DNA of 64,000 nt from Phaeosaccion multiseriatum (lineage: Eukaryota; Protista; Ochrophyta, other classes), in assembly GCA_965112735.1 (NCBI GenBank), contig OZ218961.1, positions 124,001-188,000 of the forward strand, written 5' to 3'. The position numbers and the translations under genes were made by a program. Under the pieces are notes generated by a model that was not told the DNA's origin, did no database searches, and saw only the letters and a list, made by a program, of their open reading frames with translations. Positions 13,341 to 30,661 of the stretch are shown piece after piece; within the stretch, counting starts at the first letter, position 1, and every line of letters begins with the position of its first letter.

Positions 13341-14162
13341 GAGGAGGAGGAGGAGGAGGAGGAGGAGGAGGAGGAGGAGGAAGAGGGATATCGGGGAAGG
13401 CAAGAAGGAAGAGCTCTACACTTTTATCTCGATGTCTCTTCTCTTTTGTGTTACTTGGGCAATAGGCAAGAACAGCACCGACAGGCTCATAACGCATTTC
13501 CTCTTTGGCAAGTCAAGGACATTAACTCATATGGCAAGGACAGCACCGGCAGACTCATTACTCATTAACTCATGCACCACGTGCAGTCTGTGCAGTAAGA
13601 ATAAGAGCATTTGCAGGAATACGAGCTCTCGCAGGAATACGCGCTGTATACAACCTCGCGCCCCTTCTCCTCCCTCCCCCTTCCCTCTCCCCTCCCCCTC
13701 AGGCTTCGCTGGCATTCCCTCTTCCCTCTTTCCTCTTCTCTCCCCTCTCCCCTCCCCTCCTCTCCAGCCTTGTGTTCCCGTGAGAGGGGCCATTCCGAGA
13801 GGGGCCAGGCAAAGCCTCAACGGATCGACCCACGCCTTTCCCCATCCACTGCCATCCACTGCCCTCCACTGCCCTCCACTGCCATCCGCTGCTCTCATCC
13901 ACTGCTCTCATCCACTGCTCTCATCCACTGTCATCCCCTGCCATCCCCTGCCATCCACTGCCATCCACTGCTCTCATCCACTGCCTTGACTTGCACCACT
14001 CACTGTCCTACGCTGATGCGGTCACACATAGAGGTCCCCCCTCTCCTCTCTCCCCTCTGCTCTCTTCCCTCACCGCCCTGTTCCATGCTCTCTCCTCATG
14101 CAAAGTCTTGGAGTCTTTATATAGGCACCCACCGAAACGAAACGCTTCCATCGCATCGCTCC

Positions 14163-18343
<4,181 letters not shown>

Positions 18344-18897
18344 GTTGCCTCCTTCTAGGCGCCGACCCGGCCCTCCCTGGTGACTCTGGCTGCCCAAGGA
18401 GAGAGCGCTGGCTCCCTCCCCCCCTTTCCTTGTTGGCAACTCTTTATATGCTGCTGGCCCGGCTCGAGGGAGGGATGGAGTTGGCGTTGGGAGTCAGGAG
18501 TGCATCCTCTATCCTTGCATGTGCTTTGCAATTCCTCTCTCTCTTTTTCTTTATAATCAAATCGAGCGGGAAGTGGATGAAAAGCCGAAAAACCGAAGTG
18601 GAAGCACGATTTTTGTTTCGACTCCGTCTATGAAGCTGAAACTGAAACGTATGAACCGTACGACCGAACAGCTGCCCCACATTTAAGCAAAAAAAAAACA
18701 ACTAGCAACACGGGCTGCGTCCATAGGAGGAGGTTGCTTTCGCCGCTGTTGTTGTTGTTGTTGTTGTGGCTGCTACGCTATAGAGCCGTGCTACTGCTCG
18801 GGGGGGAGAGGGCTGCCGCTGTCACTACTTGCCTTTTAGGGCAAGTTCAGGTTGAACCATTTTGAGAAAACGGCAAACCGCACCAACAACTATAACC

Positions 18898-21800
18898 ATG
18901 GGTGCGATGCTGAGGCTCACGCTCCTCGGGTGTCTCTGCGTCGCGACGGAGGCATGGATAGTCGGAGGAGGGAACCCCCCTCTGCGCGTAGTACAGCACC
19001 AGCGGGGTCGGCTCATGATGTTTGACGATGGGAGGCCCTCCTTCTCCACCACCAAAGCCATCGTAACTACGCTGCCCAAGTGGAGGCCGCCCCCACTGAA
19101 GCAGCCCCAGAATGGGGGTACGGGCCAGCAACAGCAGCAGCCGCAGGAAAGCAGCGACGAGCAAAGGTGCGGTGAGAAGCGTGAGCGCAGAAAGGGGGAG
19201 GGGGGGGGGCGGTAGTAGGAAGGACGGAGCGGAGTCTCCCTCTATAACGTGCGCCCGTGCTGGCGCCCCCGACCGGGGGGGACATGACGCACGATCGCCA
19301 TCCTTCCTTCCTCTTCCCACTCAACCCAACTCCTTTAAACCCCCTAAAAGAATTATTACTGAAGCGCGAAAGGTAGGCGCACCGCGGTCCAACGCTCGCC
19401 CGCCCCCCCGAAACTCTGCCCACTCTGCCGCCCCTGCCCCCCCCTCCAGCCTGTTCGCGTGCGAGGTGAGCTACGGCGATGACTCTCCCCTGCTGATGCG
19501 CGAGTGGAGCTCCGGCAACAAGCACAAGAAGCCTCTCTGCTGGGACGCCTCCTTGGACGAGCGTATGGCTGAGGGCATCCTCACAGACGCAGCGGCCCTG
19601 GGCACGGGTAAGAGGGAGAGGCAGGAGACGGGAGGGGCGGGTATACGGGCTAGGGTTGGAAGCGTATGGGTTAGGGTCCACTGGGGCAGGCATGAGGGGA
19701 CATGAGGCGTGAGGGAGGGGGGGGTATAGAGTATAGAGGCTACGCCGACAATGTGAGGAGTCTGTATTGCTTGCCTCACAGCCTCTCACGACCCGCCCTC
19801 CCTCCCCATTCCCCTTCTTCACCCCCCCCACCTCCCTCTCTCTCTTCCCAGTGCCTCGGTCGGCGCTGAGCGACGCGATGAGTCTCCTCGTGAGCAAGTT
19901 CGAGCAGCAGCAGGGGGGGCGACAGAACTTTATGTGGACCCAGAGGCCACCCGCGCTGCAAGGGGAGTGGGCACTTCGCTGCAACCTCGGACACAGCTTG
20001 CCCGACATTGAGGTACAAGTCGTGTTGGGTTGGGATTCGCCATTCGTTCACTAACACGCTTCACCCGTATCGTACACGTATGAATTCACTCGCTCGCTCA
20101 CGCACTCATTCACTCAGTCACGCACTCCATTGGCTCACTCACTTTCTCACTCCGGCCTCACTCACTGACTCATTCCTCCCCTCCATCCACTGCCCTCTGC
20201 CTGCAGGTGGACAAGCACGGCTACTTGTGCTCAAGCAGTCACGTGAGCCTCAACATCGGCTCCTCCTCGCAGCAGCTCCTCATCGACACTGACGGGGACT
20301 CGCCCGGAGGGATGGGCCTGTACCGCTCGTGGAGGTCGGCCCTCAGCGTCAACCCCAACACGCAGGCACTCGAGGCTTCCTTCTCGGAGATGCAGGTCAG
20401 TCTCAGTGTCTCTGTGGGTGGGTGTGGGTGGGTGTGCGTGTGTGGATGTGGATGTGGGTGTGATGGAAGTACTATAGGTTGGATGAATGGGTGGGGGCGT
20501 ACGGACAGACAGGCAGTGAGTGCGGTGGGTGTATTGTACGCGTCCTCTCTCCATCTGTGTGTATTGGAGGCGTCCTTTCTCCATCTATGTCTGTGTGTAC
20601 TTGTGTCGCGTTGTTCTGTCCCTCTCAGTCTCACAGCCCATCTTCTCCCCCCTCACGTCCCCTGCTTAACCCCTTGCTTTGCCTTGCCTGGCCTTGCCTG
20701 TGTGCGTCATTCCCTCCTTCTCCCTCTTCCTCTCTCTCTCCCTCTGTGTCTGTGTGTGTGTGTGCGTGCAGGTCGGCCCCCTCCTTGTGTTCAACCCCGT
20801 GGCAGGTCTCTCTTCCGAGCTCTGCAAGCTTCCCCTCAGCCTCCAAGTAAGTGACCACAGCAAGTAGAGCAACAAGTAGAGCCGAAGCAGGGCCAAGCCC
20901 GAGGGCCAAGCCCGGCAGAGCAACACTGTCCTTCTGTTGCGCAGCATGCTTGTTGTTGGAAGGTGTGGTGGGGTGGGGCTTTTGTTGACTTATAGGAATC
21001 AAAGGAACCTAAGGATTACGTAAGATTGTTGGCTTGTGTCGCACACTGCTGTGAAGGAATGATGTGTGTCTTCATGGCAGCACAGGAGGAGGGGCGGGGG
21101 CTCAGGAGCACTCTCACTCGAACATTCATCCAAGACGTAATCGCTCACCTATCCACTGCCATCCATTGCCATCTCCCCTCTGTCAAGGTGTTCTACGTGG
21201 CAAAGGACGTGCTGGGCCTTGTGGCCAGACAGGTGCGCAGCAACGGGTCACTCCCTCACTCACTCACTCACTCACTCACTCACTCATCCACTTCACTCAC
21301 TTACTCACTCACTCACTTAATTACTCACTCAACTTACTCACTCACTTAATCACTCGCTGTGGCCATTTATTGACTTACTCAGGTGCGCAGCAACGGACAG
21401 GTCTTCAAGGAGGCCCTCCTCGTCTTCGAGCGACAGGATAAACAGCAAGAGGAAGGTGTCCTCTCTTCTTCTTCTTCTTCCTCCTCCCCCCCCTCCTCTC
21501 CGCCTGCCTTTACGGCCAACGACAAGTGGGCCGACAAGCACCGTCCTCGAGCCGCCCCTCACGCGACTGTCAAGGCTAAAACCCTCCCTGCGGTGGTGCA
21601 CACCGAGCTGGCCGGCAAGGACAAGCTGGGCAGCAAGTTGGGCGGCGGCGGCAGGAAGAAGAGGCCCAAGAAGGTCCAGTTCGAGTACGAGGGCAAGGAC
21701 GACTTTGAGTACGATGAGCGCATGATTGGCGGCTATCAGGGCATGCAGCAGGTGAGTGAGGCGATGGAGTGAGTGGGGGAGAGAGTGGGTGCGAGAGGAA

Positions 21801-22198
21801 GGGGAGTGAGTGGGTGGGGGAGGTGTGCATACCCTGTGGTGTGCATACCCTGTGGTGTGGGCCCACCAAGGCGCGTGTCGCTTGCTTCAGCATGCATGAG
21901 AGCATGTATGTCAAGCATATATGTCAAGCATATATGTCAAGCATATATGTCAAGCATGCCCTCCCTCGTCGACGCACCGAAGCCAAACACCCCTCTCACC
22001 CATTATTCCTCCATCCACCGCCATCCTCCCTCCTCTCAGTACCTCGAGGAGGAGGCCCTTTGGTGGTACTTTGTGCTGGCCGGGCGCTGCATCCTCTCCT
22101 TTGTGAGGCACCACTGGGCCTTCTCCGTTTGGAAGAGTTCCCTCGCTGTAGCCGTGCTGCAGGCCTGGATGGAGGCGGGCGGGGGGCCGCCGCAGTGA
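18898..22198 (+). CDS. Hypothetical protein, probably plastid-targeted, possibly PAP/fibrillin-like
   Basis: Signal peptide MGAMLRLTLLGCLCVATEA^W followed by a transit-like region. Eight GT-AG exons splice in frame to a stop at 22198. LQGEWAL and VFYVAKDVLGLVAR...LLVFER weakly resemble fibrillin/lipocalin strands. Confidence 0.65.
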
Positions 22199-23356
22199 GG
22201 ACGGTACAGCAGTTGGTGATACAGCAGGAAGAGCGACATGCAGGCTCTGGCTTGCTGAATTACTGGGCAGCTTGCTTGCTTGACAGCTTGCTTGACAGCT
22301 TGACAGCTTGCTTGCTTGCGTCAGGCGCGCTGGGGTGGGGCTTCTGGAGGGGCCGAGCACACACAGCAGCAGCAACGGGGAGGGGGGGGGAGGGGGGCTC
22401 CTTGTCTATATTGTATCTTGAGTCTGCTTCGATTGCGCAGCGGACTGAACTGACTCTGTTTGGGCATAATGACTATTGAAGGTTGGGGGGGGTTGTGGTG
22501 AGTGTTTGACTATTCAATGTGTGTTGTTAGAAGACTGAGTATGCGTGTGAGTATCAGCATTAGAGCGATGACGGAATGACTTAGAGCGATGACGGAATGA
22601 CGGACGGAATGACTGCTTTGACTGGGGCTTGTGCTTGCGAGGAAAGGAGTGCATTCATGTCGGGGAGTAGGAAGAAGAAGAAGAAGAAGAAGAAGAAGAA
22701 GAAGAAGAAGAAGAAGAAGAAGACGGCACTCAGTCACCCATCATGAGCGGCGAAAGAGTGGCGTTATGGAGTAGAGTGTACGATGAAATGTGAAGGCTGA
22801 GCTAGGCTGACGGCTGAAAGAAAGAAGCGAAAGAAGGGGCTGAGACTGATACCTGACACTGGCATGTACATAGGAGGAGAGGAGAAGGGAGTGTATACAG
22901 TAGGGGAGGGGAGGGGAGGGCAAACGGCTCAGCGGGGAGGAGGAGTTTGAGCTTCACTGCATGCCCTTGCCGTACCCTGCCCTGCTCGTGAGGGGGGGGT
23001 GGGGGGGTGGGAGGGGAGGGGAGGGGAGGAAGGCTGAGAGGGAGACTCAAACAAGCATGGGAGAGAGAGAGAGGGGTGAGAGGCGAGTGGAGCGGACAAC
23101 CAACGACGAGGGGCGAGGGGAGGGGCGCATACACACGCACGCACCCACGACGGCGCTGCTTGTGCAAGTAGCTACGCGGGAAGCATTCAAGGGTCTAATA
23201 TATATAAGGATATATGTACTAAAGATGAAATTTCGTATGGTTCATCAATTGTCGCTACCTTGTATTCGTATCTAAACCAAGTGGGCACTGCTCCTGCCTA
23301 TCGTACAAGGGTGCTACGTAATCCCGCTCGGCCCCGCTCGCACCCATATGCTTATG

Positions 23357-23475
23357 GTTAGGCCTTGCTTAGGGTTGGGCTTTAGGGTTGGGGGCCTTAT
23401 TACGAATTGGGCCTTAAGGGTTGGGCCTTACTAAGAATTGGGCCATAGGCTTAGCTTAGGCCTTAGGCTTAGGCC
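23357..23475. repeat. Degenerate TTAGGG/TTAGGC-like patch
   Basis: Contains ttagggttgggctttagggttg...cttagcttaggccttaggcttagg. Confidence 0.45.
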
Positions 23476-23826
23476 GCAAACAAGATTTTGACGCTATGCG
23501 ACCCGACATTTTGGATCCAAGTGGAAGTGGAAGTGGAAGTGGAAGTGGAAGTGTGGAAGTGGAAGTGCAAGTGGAAGTGCAAGTTGAAGTGCAAGTGGAA
23601 CTGGAAGTGGAATCTGCCATGGCTTGTGGCACTTCAGTGGGGCACTGGTGCATTTGCGCAAGCAACAATTGCTGTATGGAGAATTTTCTCAGCATTCGGT
23701 GGAGGTGGAGGACAAGAGGATAAGAGGATAAGAGGAGAGGAGGGGTGGAGGATGAAGAGGAGTGGAGGATGAAGAGTGGTGCCACAGAACGCGCATTGAC
23801 GAGGGCCACACACACACACACACACG

Positions 23827-23858
<32 letters not shown>

Positions 23859-24575
23859 CACACACACGCACACACACACACACGCACACACACACACACA
23901 CACGCACGCACACACTCACACACACACACGCACGCACACACTCACACACACACTCACACACACCAGCAGCTCTTAAAACCGAGTCCCCACATCCCGGACG
24001 TTGGGGCGTGGGTGCGTGTGTGTGTGTGTGTGTGTGCGTTGACGGCGTGTATGCGTGTGTGCGTGGGTGCGTGTGTGCCCACGTATCGTTCGAAGCAGCC
24101 CTACATGTTTATACATTTGGCTGCTCTGGTCCATTCGGATGGCCTTCGATAGATCGATAGCATCAACATGACAATGCCAAGCGAAGCATGACCAGAGGCA
24201 ACACATAAATGCTACTTTGGAGTAGTTGAATAGATTGAATTAAGTTGTTGAAAACTGAAAATTGCTTACAGATAAATACAGCGCCTAAAGAAAAAGAAAC
24301 AAAACGCGACGCACACACGCATACACAAGAAGGAAAACCAAGACCCCTCCCTCCCTGCCCGTCTCCCTGCCCTCTCCCTGCCCCTCCTGAAAATATAAAA
24401 AAAAAAGAAACCCTCCCTCCCTCCCTCCTTTCCCCGTAATACATAAAAAAGAAGCCCCGTCTGCAGCTCTCCCTCCCTCCCTCCTTCCCTCCCTCCCTCC
24501 CTCCCTCCCTCCCTCCCTCCCTCCCTCCCTCCCTCCGTCCGTCCGTCCCTCCCTCCCCTCGGGACCCCTCACAGC

Positions 24576-27500
24576 CTAAGAGGCGTCGCCGTCGGTTGTG
24601 GCTGTGGCTTTGGCTTTGGCCGTTTCATTGGCCGTTTCAGCTCCCTTCCCCTCCGCGTGTCCATTGTGACTCTTCGGGTTAGAGAAGGCTCCAGGGGAGG
24701 GGGAACCGTCCACCATGTCCATAGCGAAGCCCTGACGGGTGAGGTGAGGGGTGAGAGGTGAGAGGACAGAGATGAGGGGGGGAAAGGCACCACACGGGAA
24801 CAAAATCACAGCGTTGAGGCGCGAGTGATGCGATACACGAAGGAGAGAGGGATGGAGAGGAAGAGGAAGACGGAGAGAGAGACAGAGAAACGGAACGGAC
24901 GAGAGAGAGAGAAAGAGCGGCCGCCAGGAGCAGTCCTCCTCACGTACTACTACGTACTACTATGCAAAATGTAACGCACCAGGATTGTGTCCAGCGAGAG
25001 GATCTCGTCGTCTTGCTCCACCCCCGCCTCCTCCTCCTCCTTCTCCTCCGCCGTGGTCGCCAGCTGAAGAGTGCCCCTCTTGTTCTGCGGCTTGCTCCCT
25101 CTCGGTCTGTCCCCCTGTGCTTGCCCCTGTGCCTGTGCACCCACCTCCTCCTCCTCCTCCTGCTGCTCATCCTCCACAGCCCATACGCCTCCACCCGCCC
25201 CTCTCCCCTTGAACCCCCCTTCCTTCTCGGCCTGATTGGGGGACTTGATGATGGAGGACGACCTTCAGGCAGGTATATGGGCAAAGGGGGGCAGAATGAG
25301 CAGACAGGCAGGTATGTGGGCAAAGGGGGTAAAGGGGGGCAGAATGAGCAGACAGGCAGGTATATGGGCAAAGGGGGTAAAGGGACAAAGGGGGCCATAA
25401 TAGAGTGGGCAGGCATGCAAGTATATGGGCAGGCAAGAAGGAGAAGACATGTCGGAGTCAGGTCATGGATGGAGGCACATGGGGCGAGACCCTTTCCTTT
25501 GGGGGCATCCCGGGGGGGTTTCTGCGTGGCTGCCTACAATCTCTCTCGCCAGGCTCAGCTCTACTCTGCTTGGCTGCCTCTCACGCTCAGCCATCCCCAT
25601 CCATCCGTCTCTTCTTCTTGGCTCTGCTCGCCTCTTACCTCTCGGCGACGAACTGAAGGAACATGGGCGGGGGGGCGGGGGGGGGGAGGGGCAAAGAGCA
25701 AGGCAGGGTGGCGGGGGGCGGTGAGAGCAAGCTTGGATATCATGACAGCAAGCTTTGTACCTTTTGGACATCGCTGCTCAACTACGCATTCAGTTCCTCA
25801 GACCCTGTCCTGACACTCAGTCACCGCCCCTGACACTCAGTCAGAGTCCTGAAACTCATGAAGTCCTGACACCCACCATGGTCTTGACGTGTTCCATTTC
25901 ATCGTCTCGGATGTTCACAAACACGTCGTACAGACTGTGCCCAGGTAAAGGAGTTGGTCGTTGTCGTCGTTAACGGGTGTTGATAGAGTTAATGGGTCGA
26001 TAATGGATGTCGACAGACTAGTCTGCCGTTCATGGACGCTACCCAAACAACGCGAGACCATGCCTGATTAAAAAAAAAAGAAAAAAAGTAGATGCACACA
26101 CGCACACCCACGCACACACACGCACACACACACACACACACACGCACACACACGCACACACACGCACACACACGCACACACACACACACACGCACACACA
26201 CGCACACACACGCACACACACGCACACACACGCACACACACGCACACCCACGCACACACACGCACACACACGCACACCCACGCACACACACGCACATGCA
26301 CGCACATGGACATACATGGACACACATACACACACATTCTGTAGCAAGTGGTGCTCACACATGTTGTACAACAAGTGGTGCTCAAATGGTGCTCCCAGGC
26401 CATCCGTAGACAGCAAAGCACATCAAGCACAGCCGTTGGTGATACAGCAGAGAGAGCACACCAGTTGGTGATACAATACAGCGGAGAGAGGAGAGCAGAG
26501 CACACACCGCACATGCACTTCCATCCCTCTCCAGCTGGCGACTGTGGATGTGCACTCCCCTCACTCAATGCCCTCACCACTCACTTCTTAATGATGGGGC
26601 GCCTGGAGCCCGCAGCACTCGTGCTCTGAAACTCGTCGAACTGCGGGGGGGGAGGCATATGGGGTCATGAGTCAATGGAGCGGGGAGATTCGTATGTCAA
26701 TGGAGATGATTTAGGAGGGGACGAGCCCGACAAACGAGTAACCATGGTAGACTCCTCACTAACACCCTTATGTACCCTTACGTACCATGTACATGTCCCC
26801 ATTGACGTAATAGTCCACAGCCTCGATGGAGGGCGGCATGCTCTTGAGCAGCTCCTCGTTCGCTTCGAGGAATTCGCTGAAGTAGTTGGTGGTACGGCAG
26901 TTGGGTGGATTGGGACATGGCAGTCAGTGAGGCAGTCAGGCACTCAGTCAATCAGTCATTGAGTCGGTCAGTCGGTCAGTCAGTCAGTCGTTGAGTCAGT
27001 CGGTCCATCAAAGGCAATCAACCGATCAGTTCAATCAGTCGGTCCATCAGTCAGTCAGTGGGGGAGTCAGTCAGCTGTCAGTCAGTCAGTCAGTCAGTCC
27101 GCACAGGCAGTCCCCACGCACCCATTGACATACTCCACCCACCCACTGACATACTCCACCCACCCATTGACATACTCCACCCTCCCATTGACATACTCCA
27201 CCCCTCCAGTACTCCCTCCACTCAGTGGCACTCACCCACACGCACCCACCCACCCATTGACATACTCCACCCACCCATTGACATACTACTCACGTGTACG
27301 TGTCGACCGCGTGGCTCTCCAGGAGCTCTGAGAAATTGTAGGCAAGGAAGGGGCTGAAGGAGAAGAGCAGGTTCAGACTCCAGTAGTACATGATGGCCGC
27401 GTGGCGGGCGAGGAAGCGGTCTAGCCACTTTGCATCACCGCCCAAAGACTCCATTATGCTGTATAGATGAGTGGAGGAGGAGGAGGAGGAGGAGGAGGAG

Positions 27501-30500
27501 GAGGAGGAAATGAGGGGAGATATGACGACGAGGGGCTTAAACACACCCCTGCTTAGGTTCAGGCTCACTGACTTACCGCAGGTGGTGCGCTTCCGACCAC
27601 TCCTCCGCGAAGTGCACCTGCCAGCAGGTAGGTAAACAAACGCCACAAAACCATAAAAACACACACACGCATGCACCCCCCTTGAGTGTCAGGACTGACA
27701 GAGCCTTCTTAGGAGTGGAAGGCTACGAGGCGGTCACCTGTTAAGGGCATCCCCTTGGGTACTGCCCACTTGGGTCCTGCCCCCTTGGGTCCTGGCCCCC
27801 TGGGTACTACCCCTCCATACCCCACCGTCCCTGGGCACCCATCCCCTTTCCTCCCTGAAATCGTACGTATCCATTCACGTAAGGCTACGTGACGAGACGT
27901 ACCTTGCGGACCTCCGATCCGACGGCCCACCAGCCGAGCGTCTCGTACAGGTGCAGCATGCCTGACACCAGGCAGTCGGGTAGTCGGGTAGTCGGGTAGT
28001 CGGGTAGTTCAGGCCATCAGGCAGGGAGGAGGGGAGAGCACAGGGTACAGAGGGGAGGGGAGAGAGGAGGGGTGCGAGGGGGGAGAGGAGGGCGGAGAGG
28101 AGGGCGGAGAGAGGAGAGGCGAGGCGAGGAGAGAAGAAGAGAGGAGAGGAGAGGGGGGAGGGGAGGGGAGGGGAGGGGTTCGATATTCTGCCTTAGCCAA
28201 GGGGCGGTGGGGAACGACTGACTGAGTTGCTGACTTACTGAGGAAGGAGAAGTAGGGCATGCGTGCCACCATCTCGAGGAAGTAGAAGCGCTGAATGGGC
28301 TTGTCAGCATACACCACATCGAGGAACTTGCAGAGCCCATAATAGGACCACAGCACATACCTACAGGGGAGATGGCAGGGGATGGGGAAGAGAAGCGAGA
28401 GAAGGCGGGGGGTGGGAGAAAGAGAGAAAGAGAGAGAGGGAGGGTGTGTGTGTGAGAGAGAAAGAGAGAGAAGGGAGAGAGCGAGGGAGAGGGGGCGGAA
28501 AGGACGGCCCACCGGACCATTGAAGACACAGTCCCGGCGTAGCCCAACACCGGACCTCCTTACGTAAGGTGGTACAACATGCCTTACGTAAGGTGGTTCA
28601 ACATGCCTTACGTAAGGTGGCACAACATGTCTACGTAAGGTGGTACAACATGCTCACCATGGTGTATTGGTCCTCCTGAAAACAAGCACCGGTGTGGGGA
28701 ATGAAAGGTCGGACATAAGGTTACATCAGATTAGGTGTATGAACATGAGCTGACTTCAGCGAGACGGTGGCATTGGACACATGCAATGAATGCCCTGAAG
28801 GATGAGCTTGAAGAGCAGAAAGATGCAATGAATGCCCTGAGGGATGAGCTTGAAGAGCAGAAAGATGCAATGAATGCCCTGATGGATGAGCTTGAAGAGC
28901 ACAGAGGGGCGCTCGAGGCAGGCGAAGGCGTACCTGACAATAGTGGCAGCTGTCACACCAGAGTCGGACAGGGTCTTGAGCATTTCCTCAGTTTTGGCGC
29001 GGCGCTGGTCCTCGCGCTCCTGCACGGCAGCGTTGCTCAGCTTCAGCTTGGCCAGTTGGCTCTTCAATGCAAGGTTCACAGGGGGCGGGGGGGTGGGTGG
29101 GGAGTGGGGATGTGGGGGGGGGATGAGCCGATCAGGCATATGGAGGCATATGGTATCACATAGGGCATGCGTGATACACAAGCATCTATCCATCGTCCTT
29201 CTCCTCCTCCTCGTGCTTGCAAACTCGTTGACTTATGCTCGTCCTTCCCTCTGCCCTCTCCCATCCACTGCCATCCCCTCCCGCTATCCACCGCCCCCCC
29301 TCCCCCCCCTAAACATCACTCGGTGCCCATCCACTACCATCCCCCCACTCACCTGCCTGTCCCTAATGGGCTTTGGGATGAGGTCGCTGTTCGGCGGTCT
29401 GAGCTTAGGGAAGAGGAAGGAGGGCACCAATATCTCGAGCTTCTTGTCGCTGGCAGCCACCAGGCGCCCCACCCAACCACCGAAACCCTCGAAGCGGTAG
29501 GAGCGCCTTCGGCAGGGCGGAGAAGAGCAAAGGGGTGCGTAGGATGCGTGCTTGAGTTCGTGAGGACTGTTAGTCAGGGTAGTGGGATACAGATAGACGG
29601 CTCTCTGTTTGCCCTCTCTGCTCCTCGATATCGATGCCACTTGTCAAATGTCGAGGTGGCCGATACGTGGTGTCGAGCGAGTGTCGAGTATCGAGTATCG
29701 AGTGTCGAGTGTCGAGGCGAGCGAAAGACACACACTGTACTTTTCCTACCATTGGTTAGGGGTCTAATAAACTGTAACTGAACTGTACCCACCTGAGGGC
29801 CGTCCACTCTCTGAAGAAGGCCCACAGCCCCAGTCGGAGCCCGTTCACAGGGGTGGCCTGGGGGACACAGAGACAGGCAGGCATATGGGCAGCAGGAGAG
29901 GCAGTTCGTACGTAGTGTTACGTAACATTTACAGCTCCCAGTCAGGGTAGGGGGCTGGGGGATGAGGCACCCCCTGTGGGATTGCAGGGGAGTGCAGTTA
30001 CAAGGTCGGTCCTGCCTTGCCCCCCCCCCTCCCCTCGTATGCCTCCATCTGCCGCTCTGGACGTGATGCCCGACCGGACCAATGAGAACCACCCATACGA
30101 CTCCACCCGCCCCCTGTTTGTCTCCAACCCCTGCCGCCCATATGCCTCCACCCACCCTCCATATGCCTCCACCCGCCCCCTATCTGTCTCCATCCCCTGC
30201 CGCCGATATGCCCGCCGATATGCCTCCACCCACTCGCCTTCTGAAAGGCCCTGCTGGCGTCGGGTGCCTTGTTTCCGTAGCCGTACTCCTGCCCAGACGC
30301 CTGCCCCTCGAAGGTGGCCGAGGAGGAGGAGAGGGACCCCGTCTCCAGCTGGGAGAGCGTCTGGGCAAGCTTACGACCCACTGCGTGGGGGAGGATGGCC
30401 GTGGATGGGAGACAGGCGGAAGGATGGCAATGGATGAGAGGGGGGCATGGATGGCAGTGGAGGGGCGTGGGTGGGAGGGATGCTATATGCAGAGAACAGA

Positions 30501-30626
30501 GACGAACAGTGCAAATGCTCACAGGGCTGACCTCTCGCCGCCCCCCCCCCTGGGAGAGAGAGCGTGGCGGCTGCTTCAGTTCGCAAGTACACGCACCCAT
30601 ACGCACACACGGATAATAAGGACACA

Positions 30627-30661
<35 letters not shown>

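Noticed and set aside
23456-24206. Long ORFs rich in VC/HT, SL/ER or PPSL/GGRE here and throughout the window
   Set aside because: Translations of (CA)n, (GA)n and (GGGA)n microsatellites.
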